From: Planctomycetota bacterium
GTDB taxonomy: Bacteria > Planctomycetota > B15-G4
Assembly: GCA_029259715.1 (NCBI GenBank)
Contig: JAJDEP010000003.1
Location: forward strand, 301,370-365,369
DNA: 64,000 nucleotides
Reading direction: 5' to 3'
Below, in pieces: positions 1 to 7,977 of this stretch. Position numbers and translations under genes: made by a program. The notes beneath the pieces are model-generated. The model was not told the DNA's origin and made no database searches. It saw only the letters and a program-made list of their open reading frames with translations. The stretch's first letter is position 1, and each line of letters opens with the position of its first letter.

Positions 1-82
1 TCACGACGGCGCGGGTGCGGCGGGCGAGGCCCGGGGCCATGGTGGGCAGGTAGCCGACGTAGAATTCGTCGCGCTCAGGCAC
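1..82 (-). CDS. 5' fragment of a hypothetical protein (MPERDEFYVGYLPTMAPGLARRTRAVV...), runs off the window edge
   Basis: GTG at 82 overlaps the stop of the upstream ferric-reductase/Rieske gene; frame stays open to the window edge. Confidence 0.55.
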   Translation of the reverse strand, partial: MPERDEFYVGYLPTMAPGLARRTRAVV

Positions 83-1199
83 CGTTCGGCTCCTCGGGTG
101 GCGGCGCACCGGGCCGGGACGCCACGGACGTGGTCGCGCCGTCGATGGTCGCGGGCGTCACGGCGGTGCCGGCCGGCAGCGGCGTTGGGTGCACGAGCAC
201 CCGACCGGCGCTCACGCGGGCGCGGAAGGTCGGCACCCGCTCGTTGAAGGGCGGCGGCGAGCGGCCGTCCTCCGGGCGGTACTGGTAGCCGTGCCAGGGA
301 CAGGTGATGCAGCCGTCGATGATGCGGCCCTCGCCCAGGGGCCCGTTCTGGTGCTGGCAGGCATTCGACAGGGCCGCGATGGAGCCCGCGTGCCGGAACA
401 CCGCCACCCGCTCGCCGGAGAGGCAGGCCACGTGGGCCCGGCCCTCGGCGATGTCGTCCACGGCGCAGACGTCGACGAAGCCGTCGGCGGTGTCCGTGCC
501 CACCGCGCCGCGCGCCCCGCCGGGCGCCCGCTCGCGATCGCCGCGTCGCTCGCGCACGGCCGACGCGAGGTGCAGCCCGAAGACCGCCGTCATCCCCACC
601 AGCAGCAGGGCCTCGTTGGCGCCGGCCGTCTCGGCCTGCAGCGTGCCGAGGACCACGTGCATGACCACCAGTCCGTAGGCCACGTACACGAGCATGTGCA
701 GCGCCTTCCAGACCGGCGGCGTGAGGTTCGCCAGCCAGAAGTCGTGGCTCGTGGCCGCCATCAGGAACAGGATCCCCAGCGCGGCCAGGCCCAGGGGCTG
801 GAACGGGAACTGCGCCAGGTCGTCGACGCGCGGGTTGCTCGACAGCAGGCTCACCAGCGGATTCACGTTGCCGCCGGCGTGGAACTGGATCAGCGAGAAG
901 CCGCCGTGCACCAGGGCCAGCGCGAACAGGCTCACGCCCAGGTGGCGCCGGTTGTAGAGCAGCGGCAGGAAGCGCGGGTCGAGCCGGCACAGCGGGCCGA
1001 TGACGAGCACCAGGTGCAACAACACGAACGCGCCCGTGCCGGAGCCGCGGATCAGCACCGTCTCGAAGGTGACGTCGGGCGAGAAGACGAACTGCACCGC
1101 CGCGAACACGACCAGGTAGGCCAGCACGGCCCCCGCCACGAGCTTGTCGTAGCGCTTCTTCTGCGGGTTCCAGCCGACAGCCTGATACGCGTGGGCCAT
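75..1199 (-). CDS. Ferric reductase-like (MsrQ-type) transmembrane protein fused to a C-terminal Rieske [2Fe-2S] domain
   Basis: TM helices with RRHLG, LVHG and WKALHMLVY heme-ligand motifs; Rieske motifs CQHQNGPL and CPWHG; ATG at 1199 overlaps the upstream stop (TGATG). Confidence 0.85.
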   Translation of the reverse strand: MAHAYQAVGWNPQKKRYDKLVAGAVLAYLVVFAAVQFVFSPDVTFETVLIRGSGTGAFVLLHLVLVIGPLCRLDPRFLPLLYNRRHLGVSLFALALVHGGFSLIQFHAGGNVNPLVSLLSSNPRVDDLAQFPFQPLGLAALGILFLMAATSHDFWLANLTPPVWKALHMLVYVAYGLVVMHVVLGTLQAETAGANEALLLVGMTAVFGLHLASAVRERRGDRERAPGGARGAVGTDTADGFVDVCAVDDIAEGRAHVACLSGERVAVFRHAGSIAALSNACQHQNGPLGEGRIIDGCITCPWHGYQYRPEDGRSPPPFNERVPTFRARVSAGRVLVHPTPLPAGTAVTPATIDGATTSVASRPGAPPPEEPNGA

Positions 1200-1702
1200 C
1201 AGCGCCCCTCCGTCGCCGGGAGGTTGGCGGGGACGTCCACCACGGCCACGACCTGCTGGCGGCTGAGGCTGTAGATCGCGAGTTGCCCCGCCACCACCCA
1301 GGGCATCTCGAAGTCCTGGGGTCCGATCCCGCGCAGCTGTCCGAGCAGGATCGCCCGCTCCGGCAGCGGGCCGCCGACGTGGTCGAGGGTGTCGGCCTCG
1401 ACCCAGTACACGAGCGGATCCGGCAGGCGCAGCGGGTCGGGCGCGGCGAGCGTGACCCACAGCTCTTCGCCGGGCAGGACCCGCGCCGCGCCACTCCAGG
1501 AGGCCACCAGGGCCTCGGCCCCCTCGGAGGCGCGCACGGGCAGAGGCTCTCCGGCGGAGACCGGCAGCGGTTCGGCCGGCGACCACCCGCGGGCCTGCGA
1601 CGTCCAGGGGCGCGCCCCCAGCGCCGCGCCGGCCCCCATGGCCACCGCGAGCATGAGCACGACCTGCATCACGAAGTGTCGACGACGCGCCGCGCGGATC
1701 AT
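1199..1702 (-). CDS. Hypothetical protein with N-terminal TM anchor
   Basis: MIRAARRRHFVMQVVLMLAVA...; PDPLVYW segment; ATGA-coupled to the upstream gene. Confidence 0.65.
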   Translation of the reverse strand: MIRAARRRHFVMQVVLMLAVAMGAGAALGARPWTSQARGWSPAEPLPVSAGEPLPVRASEGAEALVASWSGAARVLPGEELWVTLAAPDPLRLPDPLVYWVEADTLDHVGGPLPERAILLGQLRGIGPQDFEMPWVVAGQLAIYSLSRQQVVAVVDVPANLPATEGR

Positions 1703-2040
1703 GGGCCGCGTCCCCCGCTGGATGCATGGGCGCCAGCGCCGTCGGCGAGGTCGTACTCGGCGGCAGCGTCGGTTGCGCTGGCGGCGGCCTGAGCCGCGCG
1801 GCGGTGGGCGTTGTGCTCGACCGGCGGCGCGGTCTGCCCGCCCCACCAGCGCTTGAGCAGCAGGGGCCAAAGGGCCGCCACCCCGGGGAGGATCGCGAGG
1901 CGGAATCCGCGCGTGCCTTCGCGGGCATCGGGATCGATGCGTCCGACACCCTTGCTGACGAAGGCGAGGGCAAAGACCACGCCGATCAGCGCGTACAGGC
2001 CGAGCGCCCTCACCACCCAGACTGCGGTCTGCTCCGACAT
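1699..2040 (-). CDS. Small hypothetical membrane protein (2 TM)
   Basis: MSEQTAVWVVRALGLYALIGVVFALAFV...GFRLAILPGVAALWPLLL; GGAAG/GAGG upstream; coupled to the next gene. Confidence 0.7.
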   Translation of the reverse strand: MSEQTAVWVVRALGLYALIGVVFALAFVSKGVGRIDPDAREGTRGFRLAILPGVAALWPLLLKRWWGGQTAPPVEHNAHRRAAQAAASATDAAAEYDLADGAGAHASSGGRGP

Positions 2041-2295
2041 CGCGCTTCCGCCTCTGCTCTGCAGGCTCTGCCCGCTCGCTCCGGTCCGGGCCTCTCGATC
2101 CGGCCCGGCCCGTTCGTTCCCGTGTGCGCCATTCGATGCCATGGCGCGGGAGGAGTCACCAGGAAAACGCCGGGGCCGGAAATGCCGTAATCTCTCGCCC
2201 TGCGCGACATCCCACCGGGGTCGCCGTCGGGAACCGCGGGCGGGCCGTGTCGGCAGACGCGCCTCCGCCAAAGCCATCGAGGGAGGAGTCGAAGC

Positions 2296-3918
2296 ATGCG
2301 TCGCACCGAAGTCGCCCGATCCGCCGATCTGAAGGACCGCACCCCCGCTCACGCCCTCGTGGAAGGCGTCGACCTCGTGGTCGTGCGCTGGGACGACAAG
2401 ATCTCGGTGCTCTACGGGCGCTGCCTGCACCGCGGCGCGCTCATGGCCGACGGGCGCGTCGACGGCCACAACCTGATCTGCGGCGTGCACGACTGGGACT
2501 ACCGCCTCGACACCGGTGTGAGCGAATACAACAACGACGAAGTCCTGCAGACCTTCCCCTGCGGCGAGGACGACGGCGCGGTATGGGTCGACGCCGACGC
2601 CGTGGCGGCCTTTGCGCAGGAACATCCCCAGCCCTACGACCGCGACGCCTACCAGGGCATCTACCAGGACGGCACGGGGACCGGCGACGAACCCCACGTG
2701 AAGCTGATCCAGCAGCTCGCCGAGCATGGCCTGTCGAAGACGGGCCACCACGGCCCGGCCGCCGCCATGGGCGTGCCCCGCGGTGATCTGCCGAGCTGGG
2801 ACGACATCCAGTTCGTCACCAAGCAGCTGCACGAGGTGCCCCTGCTCGACGAGGACCCGGTGGGCACCGAGGTCGTCATCGGCCCCGGCGCGAAGAAGCC
2901 GCTGAAGCTCGAGATCCCGCTGTTCGTCTCGGACATGAGCTTCGGCGCCCTCTCCGAGGAGGCCAAGGTGGCCCTCGCCATGGGCGCCGACCAGGCCGGC
3001 ACGGGCATCTGCTCGGGCGAGGGCGGCATGCTGCCCGACGAGCAGGCCGCCAACGGCCGCTACTTCTACGAGCTGGCCTCGGCTCGCTTCGGCTTCGCCA
3101 TGGAGAAGCTGCGGCTCGTGCAGGCCTTCCACTTCAAGGGCGGCCAGGGCGCAAAGACCGGCACCGGCGGACATCTCCCCGGCAGCAAGGTCAAAGGCCG
3201 CATCGCGCAGGTGCGCGGGTTGCCCGAGGGCGAACCGGCCATCTCACCGGCGCGCTTCCCCGAGTGGACCTCGCCCGAACCCTTCAAGGAGTTCGCCGAG
3301 GTGGTGCGCGAGGAGACCGGCGGCATTCCCATCGGCTTCAAGCTCTCGGCGCAGCACATCGAGCGCGATCTCGACGCGGCCCTCCACATCGGCGTCGACT
3401 ACGTCATCCTCGACGGTCGCGGCGGCGGCACCGGCGCGGCGCCGCTGCTGTTCCGCGACAACATCTCGGTGCCCACCATCCCCGCCCTGGCCCGGGCCCG
3501 CCGTCACCTCGACGCCAGCGGCGCCGACGACGTCACGCTCGTCATCACCGGCGGCCTGCGCACCCCCGCCGACTTCGCCAAGGCCCTGGCCCTCGGCGCC
3601 GACGCCATCGCCGTGTCCAACGCGGCCCTGCAGGCCATCGGCTGCCTCGGGATGCGCGCCTGCCACACCAACAACTGCCCCGTGGGCATCGCCACCCAGA
3701 AGCAGCACCTGCGCGACCGCTTGCCCGTGAAAGAGGCCGCCGACCGCCTCGAGCGCTTCTTCCGCGCCGCCACCGACCTCATGTGCGTCATGGCGCGGGC
3801 TTGCGGCCACGATCACCTCGGGAAGTTCGAGCTCGACGACCTGACCACCTGGAAGAGCGAGATGGCGAAGCTCAGCGGGGTGGAATTCGGCGGGGTGCGG
3901 GAGCCGAGTCAGTACTGA
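2296..3918 (+). CDS. Rieske [2Fe-2S] domain fused to an FMN-binding glutamate synthase (GltB FMN domain) family protein
   Basis: N-terminal CLHRG/CGVHDW Rieske motifs; SDMSFGALS, SGEGGML, QGAKTGTGGHLPG, DGRGGGTGAAP; [3Fe-4S] motif CLGMRACHTNNCP; strong GGAGGAG RBS. Confidence 0.9.
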   Translation: MRRTEVARSADLKDRTPAHALVEGVDLVVVRWDDKISVLYGRCLHRGALMADGRVDGHNLICGVHDWDYRLDTGVSEYNNDEVLQTFPCGEDDGAVWVDADAVAAFAQEHPQPYDRDAYQGIYQDGTGTGDEPHVKLIQQLAEHGLSKTGHHGPAAAMGVPRGDLPSWDDIQFVTKQLHEVPLLDEDPVGTEVVIGPGAKKPLKLEIPLFVSDMSFGALSEEAKVALAMGADQAGTGICSGEGGMLPDEQAANGRYFYELASARFGFAMEKLRLVQAFHFKGGQGAKTGTGGHLPGSKVKGRIAQVRGLPEGEPAISPARFPEWTSPEPFKEFAEVVREETGGIPIGFKLSAQHIERDLDAALHIGVDYVILDGRGGGTGAAPLLFRDNISVPTIPALARARRHLDASGADDVTLVITGGLRTPADFAKALALGADAIAVSNAALQAIGCLGMRACHTNNCPVGIATQKQHLRDRLPVKEAADRLERFFRAATDLMCVMARACGHDHLGKFELDDLTTWKSEMAKLSGVEFGGVREPSQY

Positions 3919-3960
3919 GCGAACGGCGCTTACGGTCGGAACGCCGGACGGGCACTGCAC

Positions 3961-4056
3961 GTCGCCCCGGCGGGAATCGAGGAGGAATTCGTCCGACACG
4001 CGCGCTGCGCGCGCTAAGGATCGGCCGAATTCCCCCTCGATCTCCCTTGGGGCGAC
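3961..4056. repeat. Structured palindromic repeat, copy 1
   Basis: ~36-bp imperfect inverted arms enclosing CAC-GCGCGC-TGC-GCGCGC-TAAGGA; homologous to the reverse complement of 6961-7048. Confidence 0.8.
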
Positions 4057-4249
4057 TGGCCTGACCGCAGCTTCCGCCAGGTTTCGATTGGGCGCTGGAC
4101 TGACCGCCCCGACGGACTCTTGGCGCATGGGGTGGCATGCATTCCCTCTCGTCAGTGGCCAGGCATTGCAACCGTCAAGCAGACCGGGCCGAGGTTCGGC
4201 TTTGCTCGGGGCAGGTGAATTCATGCAGAGGCAACGAGGAATGGGGCGG

Positions 4250-6871
4250 ATGAAGCGACGCATCAGCTTCGCCATCGTCGGCGCGGTCCTGGGGGTGATT
4301 GTCGCCCCCGGCCTGAACGCGCAAGACAACCCGAACTACGCCCTGCGCCAGTATCCCCTGCGCGTCTTCGTGAGCGCCTCGGCACTCACGGACATCAATG
4401 GAGACTCGATCCCCGACTTCATCGCCGCCGGGAGATCGTCGTTCTCATCGCCCCCAGCCATCGCCGACCAGCTCCAGGTGCACCTCGGTCAGGGCGACGG
4501 GACCTTTGCTCCCAACCACATGCAAGCGGCGCTCGGTCGCACATGGGGCATCGCTTCGGGCGATTTCGATGAAGACGGCATCGGCGACGTCGCCCTGTGC
4601 AACGGCGACTTCGTCAACGAACCGCGGACTCTCCGTGTGCTGCGAGGGACTCGGGCCGGATCACTGCAAGAGACCTGGTCTGACGATCACGGTTCCCAGG
4701 TCTCCGCCATCGCCGCCGGCGACATGAACGGCGATGGACACCTCGACCTGATCCTGGTCCAGCACGGCACGAACCCGTCGCTGCTCGTCGTACACCTCGG
4801 AGCCGGGGACGGGACATTCCCCCTGCGCATCGTAAACCCAGCGCCCTTCGTCAGCTATGACATCGACGTCGCGGACTTCGACGGCGACGGGAAACTCGAT
4901 GTCGTGGCTCCCCAATGGGGCGACGTGGAAAACGTCTCGTTGTTCCGGGGCAATGGAAACGGCCTCCTGCAGGCGGGCACGCCCGTGGCGCCGGACAGCA
5001 GTTTCCTCACCACGCACGTCGAGGTGGGCGACGTCAACGGCGACGCCCGCCCCGACCTGTTGATCCAACTCACCTATCCGAAGCTCCTGCTCAATGCCGG
5101 TGATGGAGAGTTCTCCCCGGTGCCGCCGACAACCGTCGGTCCCGCCGTCCTCGTCTCAGGACTCGTCCGCCTTCACGACTTCGATGGCGACGGCCGGGAC
5201 GACCTGATCGCCAACGCCTCTCCAAACATCTATGTCCCTCCGTATCCGGGGAGCCGCATCTGGCGCGCGAACGAAGGCGGCTCCCTCGTTCCTGACGGCG
5301 CAGCATTCACATCCACGGCCATCGGCCCCGACGCGCACCTCGCCGACCTCGACTGCGACGGGTCCGTCGACGTGGTCGCAGCATTCTCGGGAGGCGGCAC
5401 CTTCTTCGCCGTCGTCATGGGACATCGCGGTGTCGGCCTGCGCCCCGAGACATTCGTCGATGTCACCGAGCCCTCGGGATTCATCGACTCGCCGTTGGCC
5501 CGCATCCAGGACGTCGTTCTCGCCGACATGGACCTCGACGGCACGACCGACATGGTTCTCGCGAACCGCCGCTCAGAACCACACCCACAGGGATCCTTGA
5601 TCACAGTCGTCCAAGGCGGCCCCGACCTCGCCGACACCACGACGAATTGGAGCACCCTCGTCACCGGCAATCCGACGGAGATCGCCGTGGGGCGGCTCAA
5701 CGGTGACCAGTGGCCCGACGTCGTCCTGGTCGACCCCACCCTGGAGAAGCTCAAGCAACTCAACGGTCACGGCGACGGCATCCTGAACTCGCCCATCGTG
5801 CGCGACGTCGACGGAATCCCTCGCGACGTCGCGCTGGCCGACATGGACGCCGACGGCGACAACGACATCGTCCTCCTGACGGTTGCGCCCGACACCATCC
5901 AAGTGATGTCCAATCAAGGCGGGAACGTCTTCGACACGATCGATGTTGAAGTGCTGCCGTCCACCGCGTGGGAGCTCGCCATCGCGGATGCCAATGACGA
6001 CGGTCACCAGGACGTGATCATCCGACGGTCTTCGGAGAGCGATCTCGCCCTCTTCTCCGGATCGCCGACGGGAGAACTCACCGCGTCGGGCAGCGTGGCC
6101 TTTCCGGGCGCAATCAATTCCTTCCTGCTTCGCGATGTCGACCGGGACGGCCACCTCGACGCCTTGGCGACCGACTGGTTCGAGCACGGCCTCTTCATCC
6201 GTTGGGGACGGGGCGGCTGGCACTTCGAGGCTCCCGAGACCGTGTCGTTGGCGTCCCTCGGCGACTCGATCGCCATCGGCGACTTCAACGACGACGGCCG
6301 CACGGACATCGCCGTCAGCCACGGCTTCGTCGGTGCCCATGTGTCCTTTCTCTTGGGCCGTGGAAATCGCGACCTCGCACCGCCCGTTCAATACCAGACC
6401 GCCGGCAACACCCACCCCTTGCGTGCGGGTGACGTCGACGGCGACGGCGTGACCGACCTCGTCAGCGGGGGCGGTGGCAACGTCGGCCTGCTCATCGATC
6501 TCCCCCATGGCTCGTGGAAGAATCTCGGTCATCCGCTCTCCCTCGCGCCCCACGTGCCCCGACTCTGCGGCGCCGCCGCCGACGGCAACTCAAACACCAT
6601 CGGCTACGTACTGGACTTGGCGCCCCCCTTCGCACGCACGGCGCTCTTCCTGAGCCCCCGCCGCGGCGACACCCCCTTCCAAGGCGGCACCCTCGTCCCG
6701 ACGCCGGCCCTCATGCTCGACCTTGGATTCGCCGACTCAGCCGGCCAGCTGACGATCGAGACCGGCATCCCCCCCGGCCTCCCCCAAGGCGTCGACCTCT
6801 ACGCCCAAGCCTGGCTGCAGTCCGGCGGCTCGATCGCCGCCAGCAACGCCCTCGTCACCACGCTGCCGTAA
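4250..6871 (+). CDS. Secreted FG-GAP/VCBS repeat protein (beta-propeller) with a distinct C-terminal domain
   Basis: Signal peptide MKRRISFAIVGAVLGVIVAPGLNAQ; many D(F/M/V)(D/N)GDG..D repeats; GAGGA RBS at 4236; alternative starts at 4223 and 4241. Confidence 0.88.
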   Translation: MKRRISFAIVGAVLGVIVAPGLNAQDNPNYALRQYPLRVFVSASALTDINGDSIPDFIAAGRSSFSSPPAIADQLQVHLGQGDGTFAPNHMQAALGRTWGIASGDFDEDGIGDVALCNGDFVNEPRTLRVLRGTRAGSLQETWSDDHGSQVSAIAAGDMNGDGHLDLILVQHGTNPSLLVVHLGAGDGTFPLRIVNPAPFVSYDIDVADFDGDGKLDVVAPQWGDVENVSLFRGNGNGLLQAGTPVAPDSSFLTTHVEVGDVNGDARPDLLIQLTYPKLLLNAGDGEFSPVPPTTVGPAVLVSGLVRLHDFDGDGRDDLIANASPNIYVPPYPGSRIWRANEGGSLVPDGAAFTSTAIGPDAHLADLDCDGSVDVVAAFSGGGTFFAVVMGHRGVGLRPETFVDVTEPSGFIDSPLARIQDVVLADMDLDGTTDMVLANRRSEPHPQGSLITVVQGGPDLADTTTNWSTLVTGNPTEIAVGRLNGDQWPDVVLVDPTLEKLKQLNGHGDGILNSPIVRDVDGIPRDVALADMDADGDNDIVLLTVAPDTIQVMSNQGGNVFDTIDVEVLPSTAWELAIADANDDGHQDVIIRRSSESDLALFSGSPTGELTASGSVAFPGAINSFLLRDVDRDGHLDALATDWFEHGLFIRWGRGGWHFEAPETVSLASLGDSIAIGDFNDDGRTDIAVSHGFVGAHVSFLLGRGNRDLAPPVQYQTAGNTHPLRAGDVDGDGVTDLVSGGGGNVGLLIDLPHGSWKNLGHPLSLAPHVPRLCGAAADGNSNTIGYVLDLAPPFARTALFLSPRRGDTPFQGGTLVPTPALMLDLGFADSAGQLTIETGIPPGLPQGVDLYAQAWLQSGGSIAASNALVTTLP

Positions 6872-6960
6872 CCACCGGTCGAGCGGGCCAGGCCCCGCCA
6901 GGTCCCCCGCGACGCCGTCGGCGCGGATGCCCCCGGTGGCCGGAGCAGGTCACGGCGGGA

Positions 6961-7048
6961 TGTCCGAAAAAACGAGGGCAAATCCGTCGGATCCTTAGCG
7001 GGCGCAGCCCGCGTGTCCGACGGATTTCGTCCTCGTTTCTTTCGGACA
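6961..7048. repeat. Structured palindromic repeat, copy 2 (inverted relative to copy 1)
   Basis: Arm TGTCCGAAAAAACGAGGGCAAATCCGTCGGA, core TCCTTA-GCGGGC-GCA-GCCCGC-GTG, arm TCCGACGGATTTCGTCCTCGTTTCTTTCGGACA. Confidence 0.8.
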
Positions 7049-7069
7049 CACCTCCGGGAGCCCGCGCTC

Positions 7070-7699
7070 CTACTTCCCCTTCCGCATCAGCTCCGACAAC
7101 GCCACGATCGCCCGCCCGTAGGCCATGCGCGCCGCGTCCGACGAGGGATAGTCGAGAGCGTCGGCCACCTCCGACCAACTCGCGCCGGTGTAGTCGCGCT
7201 GGATGATCACCTCGCGGTAGTCGTTGCGCAGCTCGGCGATGGCGGTCTCCACCGCATCGATGTCTTCGCCCTGCATGGCGGCGTCGATGGGCAGCGGTCC
7301 GCTGGCGGCCGGGTCGAAGCCCAATGACGTGCTCGAGCCGCCCTCGGAGATGACGGGGAACGGCACGTTGCGCTTGCCGTCGCGCTTCTGGGCGCCGTGG
7401 TAGTCGGCGGCGGCGCGGATCTGGTTCTCGGCGATGGCGCTGAGCCAGTTGATCAGGCTCGACTCGGTGCGCACCTCGAAGCGGTCGAAGGCGCGCACGG
7501 CCGCCGTCAGCGTCTCTTGCACGATGTCCACCGACTCCATGTGCGTGCGCAGCTGACGCGACAGGCGCAGGCGCACGATGCGGCGCACCGGCTCGTAGTA
7601 GCGCTGCAACAGGGTGTTGAGGGCGGCCTCCTCGCCGTCCTGAGCCCGGCGCACCAACTCGATCGAGCGGGTGCAGTCGATATCGTCCTGATCGGTCAT
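7070..7699 (-). CDS. ECF sigma-70 factor (planctomycete kinase-associated type)
   Basis: LVRRAQDGEEAALNTLL, DIVQET, NWLSAIAENQI (region 2); YREVIIQRDYTGASWSEVADAL...AARMAYGRA (region 4). Confidence 0.88.
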   Translation of the reverse strand: MTDQDDIDCTRSIELVRRAQDGEEAALNTLLQRYYEPVRRIVRLRLSRQLRTHMESVDIVQETLTAAVRAFDRFEVRTESSLINWLSAIAENQIRAAADYHGAQKRDGKRNVPFPVISEGGSSTSLGFDPAASGPLPIDAAMQGEDIDAVETAIAELRNDYREVIIQRDYTGASWSEVADALDYPSSDAARMAYGRAIVALSELMRKGK

Positions 7700-7977
7700 C
7701 TCGCCCCGGAAAGTCCTGCCGCGGACCGCCGCGGCACCACAAGCATCGGCCCCTCGTCGCAAGCCTTCCGGCTGCCCCACGGCGACGGGCTTGTGGTCAT
7801 GATAGCGACGACAGCCCCTGAAGCAGCGGTTACCCTGATCGGCGCACAAGGGGGGCTGTTCCGGGGGAATCTGGGGGGTGCCGTTCGGTCGGGGGCTGCT
7901 TGCCCCTGCGTGGGTGGGCTCCTGCTCCGGTCGGACGGCTCTTCGCTTCCGACCGGGCCCGTGGGCGCCCGGCAGCC

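Noticed and set aside
3961-7048. Integron attC sites around the FG-GAP gene
   Set aside because: No RYYYAAC...GTTRRRY core boxes, the copies are inverted rather than direct, and no intI is present.
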